32,000 bases of DNA from Chlorobiota bacterium (GTDB lineage: Bacteria > Bacteroidota > Chlorobiia > Chlorobiales > Chlorobiaceae), in the NCBI GenBank assembly GCA_016868665.1, contig VGGK01000001.1, positions 106,762 through 138,761 of the forward strand. The letters are read 5' to 3'. How positions within the stretch are numbered: position 1 is the first letter of the stretch; each line of letters begins with the position of its first letter. Position numbers and translations under genes: made by a program. Below, piece after piece: positions 1 through 8,450 of this stretch. A model generated the notes under the pieces. The model was given only the letters and a program-made list of their open reading frames with translations, had not been told where the DNA came from and searched no databases.

Positions 1-369
1 CGGACGCACCCAGTCGAGATCGCCCTTGACCCAGGCATAGACAAGACCGAGGATGAGAATGCCGGCAAAAATGAGGGCCTCGAAAAGTGCGAAAGGGCCA
101 AGCTGCCTGAAAACCGTTGCCCAGGGGTAAAGAAAGACAACCTCCACATCGAAAATGATGAAGATAAGGGCGACAACGTAAAACCTGATGTTGAATTTGA
201 TCCACGCACTGCCGATCGCCTCCTCTCCGCACTCGTAGGTGGAATTTTTTTCGGGATTCGGCCTGCTGGGCCGAAGCATTCGCGCCGTGAGGTATCCGCC
301 GGCCACGAATACTATTCCGAGAGCGAGAAAAACAAAAACATTTCCGAAACCACTCAGCGTCTGGTCCAT
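1..369 (-). CDS. nuoA: NADH-quinone oxidoreductase subunit A (NuoA/NdhC); 3' end cut by window edge
   Basis: Not in the ORF track because it runs off the window. My own reverse-strand translation from ATG (369..367) gives [123 protein letters not shown]. It has three hydrophobic helices plus the YECG and FDVE..FLYPWA motifs typical of complex I subunit A. Confidence 0.85.
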   Translation of the reverse strand, partial: MDQTLSGFGNVFVFLALGIVFVAGGYLTARMLRPSRPNPEKNSTYECGEEAIGSAWIKFNIRFYVVALIFIIFDVEVVFLYPWATVFRQLGPFALFEALIFAGILILGLVYAWVKGDLDWVRP

Positions 370-511
370 GAGCTGTCTGTTAAGGTTATCCCTGGGTTGC
401 CGTGACGGATTTCCGCACTGATAACAATTATTACTGTTAAGTGCGCCAAATATAAAAAAAAATCCTTTACCGAACAGAAAAAAAGCCACCGAAGCCCAGA
501 AGTTCGAAAAA

Positions 512-530
512 GAACGGTTCCGAACTGTTC
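512..530. promoter_or_regulatory. Two tandem GAACnGTTC palindromes (candidate operator between the small membrane gene and nuoA)
   Basis: Read directly: GAAC(512-515) g GTTC(517-520) c GAAC(522-525) t GTTC(527-530). A further GTTCGAA lies at 502-508. The array is about 145-160 nt upstream of the nuoA ATG on the minus strand. Its function is unknown. Confidence 0.35.
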
Positions 531-592
531 GGGTTGAGCTGAATCTAAAAAAAATTCCCTCAACTCATAACTATATTAAGCACAAACAGGAC

Positions 593-835
593 TTATATAT
601 AAATAAACTTGCCGATAAACCTGAAAATCCTAATAAAAACAAGCAACACAAGTACCGTAACCGGTACGATAACACTCTGGGCGAGAAGAAATGAATCGGT
701 AAACCCTGACAGAACTGGGGCAAGCAGCGATGAGAGAAGCATCCAGACAATTGGAGCCCATGCGAAAGCGAGTATAACCGGAAGCCCTTTTTTCATAAAG
801 ATCTTCCTTGTTTCAATGTCGGGAAACAGTTTCAT
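593..835 (-). CDS. Small hypothetical membrane protein (2 predicted TM helices)
   Basis: 80-aa ORF. Its ATG overlaps the TGA of the upstream TPR gene (ATGA at 832..835). Hydrophobic helices are LPVILAFAWAPIVWMLLSSLLAPVL and VIVPVTVLVLLVFIRIF. No family recognised. An internal ATG at M14 is also possible. Confidence 0.5.
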   Translation of the reverse strand: MKLFPDIETRKIFMKKGLPVILAFAWAPIVWMLLSSLLAPVLSGFTDSFLLAQSVIVPVTVLVLLVFIRIFRFIGKFIYI

Positions 836-1431
836 AACGGCTGGAAAAACAGGGTTTCTATCTGTGCGGCCATGGAAGGATCGAGATCCCTGAGGATATC
901 ATACTCCTTTTTCAGGCCCTTCATATCTCCTTGAGAAACATAATACATGGCAAGCTTGCAGTGCGGTTCGGCACCTTGCGGATCAAGCTCGTAAGCCTTT
1001 TCAAAGGCATCTTTCGCCTTTCCGGACTCTCCGGTATCGAGATAGACATCACCAAGCACACAATAAAGCCCCGCATCGAAAGGATCCCTGTCAAGAGCTG
1101 TCTGAAGGGTTTTCAGCGCGGCCTCATCCTTGCCGAGTGTAAGCTGGATAAAACCGAGATGACGGTAGGCATCCAGAAAATCACGGTCGAGCGCGATCGT
1201 GCGGAGAAAATCGCAGCCAGCCTTCCGGTAGTCGTTCATCGACAGATAGACCACGGCTCTCGCATAGAACGCCCGCGGATCCCGCCTGCGCTCAAGGAGC
1301 ATTCCGTCAAGCAGTTCCAGTGCCTGACTGTTCCGCTCATGCTGCAGATAGCAGAGGGCCAGATCATAACGGAGGTCTGCATCCTCAGGGTTTTCACGAA
1401 GTGCGGCCTCAAGTTTCTGTATCTCGTTCAC
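832..1431 (-). CDS. Tetratricopeptide (TPR) repeat protein
   Basis: 199-aa ORF. Its GTG start overlaps the stop of the upstream gene (GTGA at 1428..1431). It has successive ~34-aa TPR-like units, e.g. AFYARAVVYLSMNDYRKAGCDFLRTIALDRDF, AYRHLGFIQLTLGKDEAALKTLQTALDRDPFD and LYCVLGDVYLDTGESGKAKDAFEKAYELDPQG. Confidence 0.8.
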   Translation of the reverse strand: MNEIQKLEAALRENPEDADLRYDLALCYLQHERNSQALELLDGMLLERRRDPRAFYARAVVYLSMNDYRKAGCDFLRTIALDRDFLDAYRHLGFIQLTLGKDEAALKTLQTALDRDPFDAGLYCVLGDVYLDTGESGKAKDAFEKAYELDPQGAEPHCKLAMYYVSQGDMKGLKKEYDILRDLDPSMAAQIETLFFQPL

Positions 1432-2507
1432 GTGTTCGATGATTTAGGAATTGACGGTACAAGTTCGTGCTCCAGTGTGTGCTGGATATTGTAGAGAACT
1501 TCTAATTCGTCGGTTATCATGTCGGCCAGCCAGCAGGCAAATTCCGGGGATTCATTGATGCAGCGAACATACTGCGCCCTGCTGAAACCTGCACGATCAA
1601 GAACTTTACGCGCCTCGTACTCGGTTTCGCTGTTATCGGCGAAAAAACCGTAGGGAAACATCACAACATTTTCGATACCCTCTTCCTGAAATGCGGCAAG
1701 AGCTTTCTGCACGGTTTCCGATGTCCACTCTCCACCCGCCGAATGGTTCATGCAGCCCTGACGGATATCAGTGAAGAAATTTCTGGGATCGTTCATGATA
1801 CGCTCTTTCATCAAGTCGAAAAAAAGCCTCGTTTCATCGAGACCGGTAAAAACCCTGGGAGGATTTCCGGCCCTGTCCCTTACAAGTGTTCCATGGATGA
1901 CCAGAACCAGCCCGGTTCGAGTAGTATCTATAATTGATGCATCGAGTTCGGAAAAGAGGTGATCGATATAAATCCGGTGCAGTTCAGGCTCTTTCCAGAG
2001 TTTGTTGAGCAGGCGGATACTGCCGTAGCGCATATCGCCGAACTGTTCGGCTATCATCCTGCATGCAACGCCGCACGAAAACGCCGACTCGACGGGAATC
2101 ATCGGCACTATAACAATTCCGTCGTAGTTCCGCTCGTTCACTTTGAGTACATCCTCGAGATACGGGGGAACGAAATAATATGCATCGAATATATCGGCAT
2201 CGAGCGAATCGAAAATATCCGCGCGGCTCCCGGCAAGGCAACGGGCTATCGCCCTCGTCTGAGCCCTGTTTATCGACAGCAGCGATGAACGGTAGCCGTT
2301 CAGCCGCCAGTTGATGAAATGCCTGGTCGAACGGTAATCGGCAATGAAATAGACAAGAAACTTCGGAACCTTCACAATCTGGCTGGTAATCACCTTGAGT
2401 ATCCGTCTCGAACTCGGCCAGAGATTCCGCAGCGTCAATCTCTCCACCTCGCCATACGTAACGATCAGAACTGCATACCGTTTTTTCCCTATAACCCTAT
2501 CCACCAT
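1428..2507 (-). CDS. Ferrochelatase-family protein (HemH-like)
   Basis: 359-aa ORF with an ATG start. The N-terminus AVLIVTYGE...FIADYRSTRHFINWRLNGYRSSLLSINRAQTRAIARCL resembles the ferrochelatase LLxNLGxP...IAxxRxxxxxxxYxxIGGxSPLxxxTxxQ block. VIHGTLV resembles SAHGLP, and the C-terminal FPYGFFADNSETEYE resembles P(I)GFVSDHxETLxE. This is a hand comparison only. Confidence 0.6.
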   Translation of the reverse strand: MVDRVIGKKRYAVLIVTYGEVERLTLRNLWPSSRRILKVITSQIVKVPKFLVYFIADYRSTRHFINWRLNGYRSSLLSINRAQTRAIARCLAGSRADIFDSLDADIFDAYYFVPPYLEDVLKVNERNYDGIVIVPMIPVESAFSCGVACRMIAEQFGDMRYGSIRLLNKLWKEPELHRIYIDHLFSELDASIIDTTRTGLVLVIHGTLVRDRAGNPPRVFTGLDETRLFFDLMKERIMNDPRNFFTDIRQGCMNHSAGGEWTSETVQKALAAFQEEGIENVVMFPYGFFADNSETEYEARKVLDRAGFSRAQYVRCINESPEFACWLADMITDELEVLYNIQHTLEHELVPSIPKSSNT

Positions 2508-3088
2508 CTCAGTTCGGCATACATTAAAACAAACCCGATGATCCCCCCGACAAGTGTCTGCATGAAATTATGCGCTTTCAGGTATATTCTCGACCACATC
2601 AGAACGGGAACCAGGACACAAAGGAACAATGCTCCGGAACCGAACTGCAGGAACAGCAGCGAGATGCATGACGAAAGCGTAAAGAGATGAATGCTGATCT
2701 TCCATTGCAGGGTAACAAGGAGAATAAGCACCGTATTGACGGCATTGAACAGCAGAATGCCGCTTAGCAGTCTCGGCGCGTCGAGCTGCTGCATGAACTC
2801 GTAACCAAGAACGTTCACCCCGGTCAGCACAAGCAGAGGAAGAAAACGCTGTTCCCTGAACGTAATATTGTAATCCGAAACCTTGCCGATTTTTTTCAGT
2901 CCGTAAATCAGCAGCATAGGCGCAACCGTGCTTGATGCAAACAGCACCGTCAGATAGGAAAACCTCGAAGGATCTTCAGGATAACCGAACAGCACGACAA
3001 CGCAGAAGACCAGAGGAGCCACGACAACAGGACTAATTGCCCATGAAAGCAGATCTGCAAAACGGTGAACATCAAAACGCATGGGCAC
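2489..3088 (-). CDS. Polytopic membrane protein, PAP2-like (weak motif match)
   Basis: 199-aa ORF with about 6 hydrophobic helices. KISIH and SRIYLKAHNFMQTLVGG loosely fit PAP2 motifs C2 (SGH) and C3 (SRxxxxxHxxxD, with D replaced by Q). The track start is GTG at 3088, and an ATG lies at 3082. The 3' end overlaps the next gene by 19 nt. Confidence 0.5.
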   Translation of the reverse strand: MPMRFDVHRFADLLSWAISPVVVAPLVFCVVVLFGYPEDPSRFSYLTVLFASSTVAPMLLIYGLKKIGKVSDYNITFREQRFLPLLVLTGVNVLGYEFMQQLDAPRLLSGILLFNAVNTVLILLVTLQWKISIHLFTLSSCISLLFLQFGSGALFLCVLVPVLMWSRIYLKAHNFMQTLVGGIIGFVLMYAELRWWIGL

Positions 3089-3190
3089 AATAAGTCGATA
3101 ATAAAGAATATTATGCGTATTATGGCTCGAAAGTTATTAAGAAAGATAGTTTTTATAAAATAAAAAACCGCGTATATTCTTTGTCCATAT

Positions 3191-3272
3191 GCGAGAGTGG
3201 TGAAATTGGTATACACGCTAGTCTTAGGAACTAGTGCCGTGAGGCGTAAGGGTTCGAGTCCCTTCTCTCGCA
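3191..3272 (+). tRNA. tRNA-Leu (anticodon TAG), type II with long variable arm
   Basis: Folded by hand. The acceptor gcgagag pairs with ctctcgc. The anticodon stem is ctagt/actag with loop cTTAGga (anticodon TAG). The T arm is aaggg-ttcgagt-ccctt, the discriminator is A, and no CCA is encoded. Confidence 0.9.
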
Positions 3273-3288
3273 CATCGTTTTTTATCAT

Positions 3289-3375
3289 GCCAAAGTGGCG
3301 GAACTGGTAGACGCGCTGGACTCAAAATCCAGTGGGCGCAAGCTCGTGTGGGTTCGAGTCCCACCTTTGGTACCA
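3289..3375 (+). tRNA. tRNA-Leu (anticodon CAA), type II, CCA encoded
   Basis: Folded by hand. The acceptor gccaaag pairs with ctttggt (G1-U72 wobble). The anticodon stem is ctgga/tccag with loop ctCAAaa. The T arm is gtggg-ttcgagt-cccac, the discriminator is A3372, and CCA lies at 3373..3375. Confidence 0.9.
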
Positions 3376-3410
3376 TTGCTACACAATAAAACGTTCCATT
3401 CAGCCCAGCC

Positions 3411-3929
3411 ATGCAGCGAATGTACTCACCCTGGCGTGAAGTTTACATGCAATCCTTCAAGGATGTCAAAACTGCCATAAAAGAAGAGAAATCAGTCTTT
3501 TCTGACATTCCTCCCGAACAGGATGAAGAACGTTTCGTATTGTACCGCGGAAAAACCTGTTTCATCATCATGAATCTTTACCCGTACAATTGCGGGCATC
3601 TGATGGTGATACCATTCCTGCAGACACCTGATTTTTCATCTCTCGACAACGAGACAAAACTTGAAATCATGGATCTCACCGATCTGTGCATCAAGGCGCT
3701 TAAAGAAACCCTGAAACCACAGGGCTTCAACTTCGGAGCCAACCTCGGTCGAGTCGCGGGGGGAAGCGTTGATACCCACATTCATTTCCATATCGTGCCC
3801 AGATGGGAAGGCGATACCAATTTCATGCCTGTGCTTGCCGATGCCAAAGTGCTCAGCAACGACATGAAAACCACCTACAGCAACCTCCGAAAAGCCATTC
3901 TGACGCTGGTTCAGGAAAAACAGAGCTGA
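3411..3929 (+). CDS. HIT (histidine triad) family hydrolase
   Basis: 172-aa ORF with an ATG start. It carries the histidine triad DTHIHFHIVPRW, preceded by NLYPYNCGHLMVIP, which is typical of HIT nucleotide hydrolases/transferases. Confidence 0.85.
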   Translation: MQRMYSPWREVYMQSFKDVKTAIKEEKSVFSDIPPEQDEERFVLYRGKTCFIIMNLYPYNCGHLMVIPFLQTPDFSSLDNETKLEIMDLTDLCIKALKETLKPQGFNFGANLGRVAGGSVDTHIHFHIVPRWEGDTNFMPVLADAKVLSNDMKTTYSNLRKAILTLVQEKQS

Positions 3930-3954
3930 CCACTCCAGGCGCTCCCCTTTTACT

Positions 3955-4890
3955 ATGGAAAACCCGTTCTGCCCGATAAGCGGCAAAAGGGATTTCGAAC
4001 CTTTTCTCGCGGTTCCGGATCGCTTCAGACCTGGTTCGCGCTGGCAGATCGTCAGATCCCGCCCCTCAGGACTGCTCATACTCGATCCGAGACCATCATT
4101 TCCCGAAATCGGCAGTTACTATCACCTGGAGAACTACGATCCCCATCTGCATGATGCCATGGTACGATCCTGGCGCAACAGGCTTTATCTTGCCGCAAGG
4201 GCGCTGCTGCTCCGTCGCAAAGCTTCTCTTGTGCTGTACGGCGAAAAAAAACCGTTTACCGGCTGCCGGATACTGGAGATCGGCTGCTCGACCGGAGATC
4301 TTCTGCGCCATCTGAAACTTGCAAGAGGAATTCCTGCCGGGCATCTTCGAGGCATTGAAACCGATCCTGATGCTGCCGTTGTTGCAGAAGCGAAAACCAG
4401 GGTTCCGATTGATCGGCATCCTTCAGGCAGATCGCAGAGCAGAAAAACGTTCGACCGGATCGTGCTGTGGCATGCATTCGAGCATGTGCATGACCTGCAA
4501 AGCATGCTTTACAACATTTTCGAACAGCTTGACCACCAGGGAATCCTGGTGATGGCGTTGCCGAATCCCGAAAGCCGCGATGCGAAGCATTACCGCGAAC
4601 ACTGGGTAGCATGGGACGCTCCGCGACATCTCTGGCATTTTACACCAGCTGTGCTTGAAGCTCTTCTTGAAGAACACGGCTTCGAACTCTGCAGGATGGT
4701 GCCCTACCTGCCGGATACGCTCTATACCTGCTGGTACAGCAGCAAATTGGCCGCAAAAGATCATGGCCGACATTTCGGACTCGCGGGAATGGCCGGAGCT
4801 CTCCTGCAGGCTGCTGCCGGAATCGCGTCAGCTCTGTTCAGCCGGGAGAAGGCATCGACACTGGTGTACTATTTCAGAAAGGCTCGCTGA
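3955..4890 (+). CDS. Class I SAM-dependent methyltransferase
   Basis: 311-aa ORF. The Rossmann motif I is ILEIGCSTGDLL, followed by FDRIVLWHAFEHVHD (post-II/III region). Substrate unknown. Confidence 0.8.
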   Translation: MENPFCPISGKRDFEPFLAVPDRFRPGSRWQIVRSRPSGLLILDPRPSFPEIGSYYHLENYDPHLHDAMVRSWRNRLYLAARALLLRRKASLVLYGEKKPFTGCRILEIGCSTGDLLRHLKLARGIPAGHLRGIETDPDAAVVAEAKTRVPIDRHPSGRSQSRKTFDRIVLWHAFEHVHDLQSMLYNIFEQLDHQGILVMALPNPESRDAKHYREHWVAWDAPRHLWHFTPAVLEALLEEHGFELCRMVPYLPDTLYTCWYSSKLAAKDHGRHFGLAGMAGALLQAAAGIASALFSREKASTLVYYFRKAR

Positions 4891-4895
4891 TACCT

Positions 4896-6287
4896 TCACC
4901 TCTTGAGTTCAGCCGGTGCGCCGGAACGTCCGAGCGCGCGATCGAGCAGCACGCTGGCCATCAGGTAATCATAGACTGCCTGCAGATAATTGGTTTTAGC
5001 CTTGTTGAGCTGCAGTTCCGCATCGGTGAGTTCGAGACGCGAACCGATACCTTCGCGAAAACGAAGTTGTGATATGCGGTAGCTCCGTTCGGCAACGGCG
5101 ATAGTTTTCGATTGCACCTCGATACGCTTTCGGGCCTCGTTGAAAACCGACAGACACATCTCGATCTCGGCCCTGATGTTCGCCTTCAGATCGGCAAGTC
5201 TCGTCATAACCTGCATGCGCGATATTTTCGCCTGCTCAACCTTCGCTCCGATCCTGAAGCCGGTGAAAATCGGCATACTGACCTGCAGACCCACAGCGGA
5301 AGAAACCGGCCAGTCGGAGTCGGCAAGACTTACATCGTCGTTGAAGGCGGTCTGCGTCTCAAGCCGGCCAAAAGCCGACAGTACGGGAAAACGCTCCGAT
5401 CTGGCTGAAAACACCTTCTGATCCTCAGCCTCAACCTGAAGTTCGAGCTGCCGCAGATCAGACCTCGACTGAAGCGCCTCCTCGAAGGCCGAAGCGATAT
5501 CGACGGGATACGACGCAGTCGGCACTTCAAGTCTTCCGGTCAGGGTCACGTCGCTATCGGCGGAAATACCCATGGAATTCTTCAGTTTCGTCATGGCAAT
5601 GCCCACCATGCTCTCGGCCTGAATCAGGTCGGGACGAAGGTTTTCGACCGAGAGAAAGGCCTGCAGGGTATCGATATCCGCGGCAACGCCCTGGCGGAAC
5701 ATGGCCCGCGTATCACGCTGAGCCAGCCCCCACCGTTCTATGCTCTGACGAACAAGCTGAAGCCGATCGCGGGAAATCAGGGCATCGAAATATGCCTGTT
5801 TGATGTCGGCCACAACCGCCGACCTGGTATTACGGTAAGACTCGTCACTTATTTTACGAACCACGGACGCAGCCCTGATTCCGGCTATGGCCGAACCGTC
5901 AAAGAGTTTCTGACGCAGATCGAGCGTCGCCGATGCACTGTTGTCGGCGCTGATTTCGAGAGGGATAAAAGAATTCGGGTTGGCCGGTGATGAAAAAACA
6001 TCCGGAAAAAACAGGACAGAAGGCTGTAGTGTTCTGGTATAGGTGAAACTCGTCGAAAGCTGCGGCAGCACTTCCGACCAGGTCTCGCGAATCTTCTCGG
6101 AAGCCATCTCGCGGTCGAGGCGTGCTATTTCGAGAGCGCGGCTTTTTGAGAGACCGAGATGTACGGCATCGTCAAGCGTCAGAGTGTAACGCGACGAATC
6201 GACGGCGGCGTTTGCCGCTCGGGGATGTAATGCAACAGAGATGAGCAGCAGAACGAATGAGACCAGCGGCAGAACGAACCTGTTCAT
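4896..6287 (-). CDS. TolC-family outer membrane efflux protein
   Basis: I trimmed the ORF to the ATG at 6287, which gives the signal peptide MNRFVLPLVSFVLLLISVALHPRAANA. It shows the duplicated TolC/OEP pattern (LTLDDAVHLGLSKSRALEIARLD...; SDLRQLELQVEAEDQKV...; NYLQAVYDYLMASVLLDRALG). No RND, MFP or ABC partner gene is adjacent. Confidence 0.85.
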   Translation of the reverse strand: MNRFVLPLVSFVLLLISVALHPRAANAAVDSSRYTLTLDDAVHLGLSKSRALEIARLDREMASEKIRETWSEVLPQLSTSFTYTRTLQPSVLFFPDVFSSPANPNSFIPLEISADNSASATLDLRQKLFDGSAIAGIRAASVVRKISDESYRNTRSAVVADIKQAYFDALISRDRLQLVRQSIERWGLAQRDTRAMFRQGVAADIDTLQAFLSVENLRPDLIQAESMVGIAMTKLKNSMGISADSDVTLTGRLEVPTASYPVDIASAFEEALQSRSDLRQLELQVEAEDQKVFSARSERFPVLSAFGRLETQTAFNDDVSLADSDWPVSSAVGLQVSMPIFTGFRIGAKVEQAKISRMQVMTRLADLKANIRAEIEMCLSVFNEARKRIEVQSKTIAVAERSYRISQLRFREGIGSRLELTDAELQLNKAKTNYLQAVYDYLMASVLLDRALGRSGAPAELKR

Positions 6288-6371
6288 GACAATCGTATTA
6301 GATATAATACCGAGAAACAGCGAATCCGGATTACGGCTCCAATATACGAAGAGCGGAATCATCGAAAAAAT

Positions 6372-7721
6372 TCACTTGCCGTATCGATCCTTCCACAGAG
6401 CACGAAGCCGTTCTGCAGCGATTTTTTCGCGCCCCTCTTCCGAAGGGCGATAGAAAAGCTGAGACGGCACTCCATCGGGGAAATAGGTTTCCTCAACAAA
6501 ATGGCCCGGATAACGGTGCGGATAACGGTATCCTTCACCGTATCCGATCTTTTCCATGAAGGCAGTCGCCGCATTTCGCAGGTGCAGCGGAACGCCGGCA
6601 TCCTGAAAAAGTTTCGCTGCGCACATAGCCTCGTTCACTCCCTCGTAGCTCGCGTTTGACTTGGGAGCCGAAGCGAGGTAGGTCACCCCCTGGGCGAGGT
6701 TGATGCGCGCTTCGGGCAATCCTATCATCTGCACGGCATGAAACACCGATACGGAAAGAGTGAGTGCGAACGGGTCGGCATTGCCGACATCCTCGCTGGC
6801 GAAAATAACCATCCTGCGTGCGATGAAAAGCGGATCCTCGCCACCATCCAGCATCCGCGCAAGCCAGAAAAGAGCAGCATCGGGATCGCTGCCCCGCATC
6901 GACTTGATGAAGGCCGAGACAGTATCGAAGTGAGCTTCAGCTCCCTTGTCGTAGACCGGGGCATTATGCTGCAGAACCCGTTCGAGCAGCGGCCGGTCGA
7001 GCCGCACCTGGCGCTGCCCCGCAGGCACGAGAGCAAGTGCCGCCTCAAGCGCGTTAAGCGCCTTTCGGGCATCCCCGCCCGCAAACTGCAGGAGAAAATC
7101 GAGATCCGGGATCTCCACCTGCCTCTCCTTCAGAAGCGTATCGCACTCAAGGGCTCTTTGAACTACCGCCTCGATGTCTCTATGGGTTAGCGGTTTGAGA
7201 ATATAGACCTGCATCCGGCTGAGCAGTGCGGCGTTCACCTCGAACGAAGGATTCTCGGTGGTGGCCCCGACAAGAATCACAAGCCCCTGCTCTATGGCAT
7301 GCAGCAGCGTGTCCTGCTGAGCCTTGTTGAACCTGTGGATCTCGTCGATGAACAGAATGATGCGCTGTCCTGCACGTTGGGCCTGACGTGCGCTTTCGAG
7401 CACCTTGCGCACATCCTTCACTCCGGCATCGATAGCAGACAGCTGTTCGAAACGGTAGTGCAGCGATCGGGCGCAGATTTCGGCAAGTGTGGTTTTGCCG
7501 GAACCTGGCGGGCCCCAGAATATCATGGACGGAAGCCTGCCGGTCTCAAGAAAACTGCGCAACGGCCCATTCCTTCCCGCAAGATGCTCCTGTCCGGCAA
7601 GATCGTCAAGCGAACGAGGACGCACCCGCTCGGCCAGCGGCCGGAATTCTCCGCCTGAAGTTCCGGCACCTGCATCCGGAAGACCGAACAGATCGGCCTG
7701 AAAAAAATCGGGTACGCTCAT
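6372..7721 (-). CDS. rarA: Replication-associated recombination protein A (AAA+ ATPase RarA/MgsA)
   Basis: 449-aa ORF with Walker [12 protein letters not shown] and Walker [17 protein letters not shown]. The C-terminal MgsA block is [36 protein letters not shown]. Its ATG (7719..7721) directly abuts the ribE stop codon (7722..7724). Confidence 0.92.
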   Translation of the reverse strand: MSVPDFFQADLFGLPDAGAGTSGGEFRPLAERVRPRSLDDLAGQEHLAGRNGPLRSFLETGRLPSMIFWGPPGSGKTTLAEICARSLHYRFEQLSAIDAGVKDVRKVLESARQAQRAGQRIILFIDEIHRFNKAQQDTLLHAIEQGLVILVGATTENPSFEVNAALLSRMQVYILKPLTHRDIEAVVQRALECDTLLKERQVEIPDLDFLLQFAGGDARKALNALEAALALVPAGQRQVRLDRPLLERVLQHNAPVYDKGAEAHFDTVSAFIKSMRGSDPDAALFWLARMLDGGEDPLFIARRMVIFASEDVGNADPFALTLSVSVFHAVQMIGLPEARINLAQGVTYLASAPKSNASYEGVNEAMCAAKLFQDAGVPLHLRNAATAFMEKIGYGEGYRYPHRYPGHFVEETYFPDGVPSQLFYRPSEEGREKIAAERLRALWKDRYGK

Positions 7722-8366
7722 CTAAAAACCGTTATCCCTGAGCCATGCTTCATCGATCCGCGAAACCGGAGAGGCTGTATTGAACTGACGTGCCACATAT
7801 TTACCGAGAATATCGAACTCAAGATTCACCATGCTGCCTGGTGAAAGTCTGCTGATAGTTGTATGCGCAAAAGTAAAAGGAATGATCGCCACAGCGAAAG
7901 AGGATTCTCCGAGCCTTGCAACAGTAAGGCTTATGCCGTCTATAGCAATGGACCCGGCTGAAACCATGTATGCGCTGAATCCGACAGGATAACCGATCCA
8001 TATTTCGCGGCTCGATCCCAGTTCCAGCACCTTGCTGACCTCACCGACGCAATCCACATGACCCAGCACAAAATGGCCTCCGAGTCTGTCAATCGGACGC
8101 AGCGCTCTTTCAAGATTGACCGGCATGCCGCTGCGAAGCGATCCGAGGGTGGTTTTCAGAAGCGTCTCCTCGACGGTATCGACCTCGAACCACCCGTTAC
8201 CAGCGGCTACGACGGTCTGGCACGCGCCGCTGACGCTCACGCTCTCATCGATCGAAAGAGAGCTGAACGTTTCGGAAGCCGCATGATGCACCCGCAGACG
8301 CAATCCGCCGCATCTCTGCTGCACCGCGGCAATGGTTCCGACTTCCTTCACTATCCCCGTAAACAT
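7722..8366 (-). CDS. ribE: Riboflavin synthase (alpha chain)
   Basis: 214-aa ORF starting MFTGIV.E.G, with the duplicated lumazine-binding repeat (GDSVSV-like [12 protein letters not shown], and [11 protein letters not shown]). Confidence 0.92.
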   Translation of the reverse strand: MFTGIVKEVGTIAAVQQRCGGLRLRVHHAASETFSSLSIDESVSVSGACQTVVAAGNGWFEVDTVEETLLKTTLGSLRSGMPVNLERALRPIDRLGGHFVLGHVDCVGEVSKVLELGSSREIWIGYPVGFSAYMVSAGSIAIDGISLTVARLGESSFAVAIIPFTFAHTTISRLSPGSMVNLEFDILGKYVARQFNTASPVSRIDEAWLRDNGF

Positions 8367-8450
8367 CAGATTGATGGTTTGTTTTTCCGATTACCTTCAC
8401 CAGAACTGTAATATACGGCAACCACAGGTAATTGCCGTGACGCACATCGT

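Noticed and set aside
931-1494. A 187-aa plus-strand ORF opposite the TPR gene
   Set aside because: The minus-strand frame shows clear TPR periodicity and is translationally coupled to both of its neighbours. The plus-strand ORF is a shadow frame.
3224-3480. Small ORFs (3224..3412 minus, 3295..3480 plus, 2950..3288 minus) across the tRNA region
   Set aside because: They are built from the two tRNA-Leu sequences and AT-rich spacer. The tRNA cloverleaves explain the sequence.
6323-6332. Perfect 10-nt palindrome AATCCGGATT upstream of the TolC-family gene, and an 11-nt palindrome GAACCcGGTTC at 11232..11242 upstream of tpx
   Set aside because: A single 5+5 palindrome in an 80-280-nt spacer is expected by chance at a non-negligible rate (roughly 0.1-0.3). 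No second copy or phasing was seen.
6288-6362. N-terminal extensions offered by the ORF track for several genes (6288..6362, 10404..10562, 12202..12213, 19151..19267, 19209..19244, 21571..21618, 24559..24654, 25641..25688)
   Set aside because: In each case an internal ATG yields a proper signal peptide or family-typical N-terminus, whereas the extension adds non-homologous residues. Several track starts are TTG or GTG, checked in the sequence.
8415-8438. Stem-loop ACGGCAA-(10 nt)-TTGCCGT just after the amylase stop, as a possible terminator
   Set aside because: It is a 7-bp stem, but no T run follows on the minus strand (the next bases read atattacag). It cannot be supported as an intrinsic terminator.
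8367-8450. Search for an FMN (RFN) riboswitch upstream of ribE, and likewise upstream of the dCMP deaminase/ribD operon (14616..14632)
   Set aside because: The spacers are only 84 nt and 17 nt, too short for the ~130+ nt RFN element, and I could not find its conserved core.
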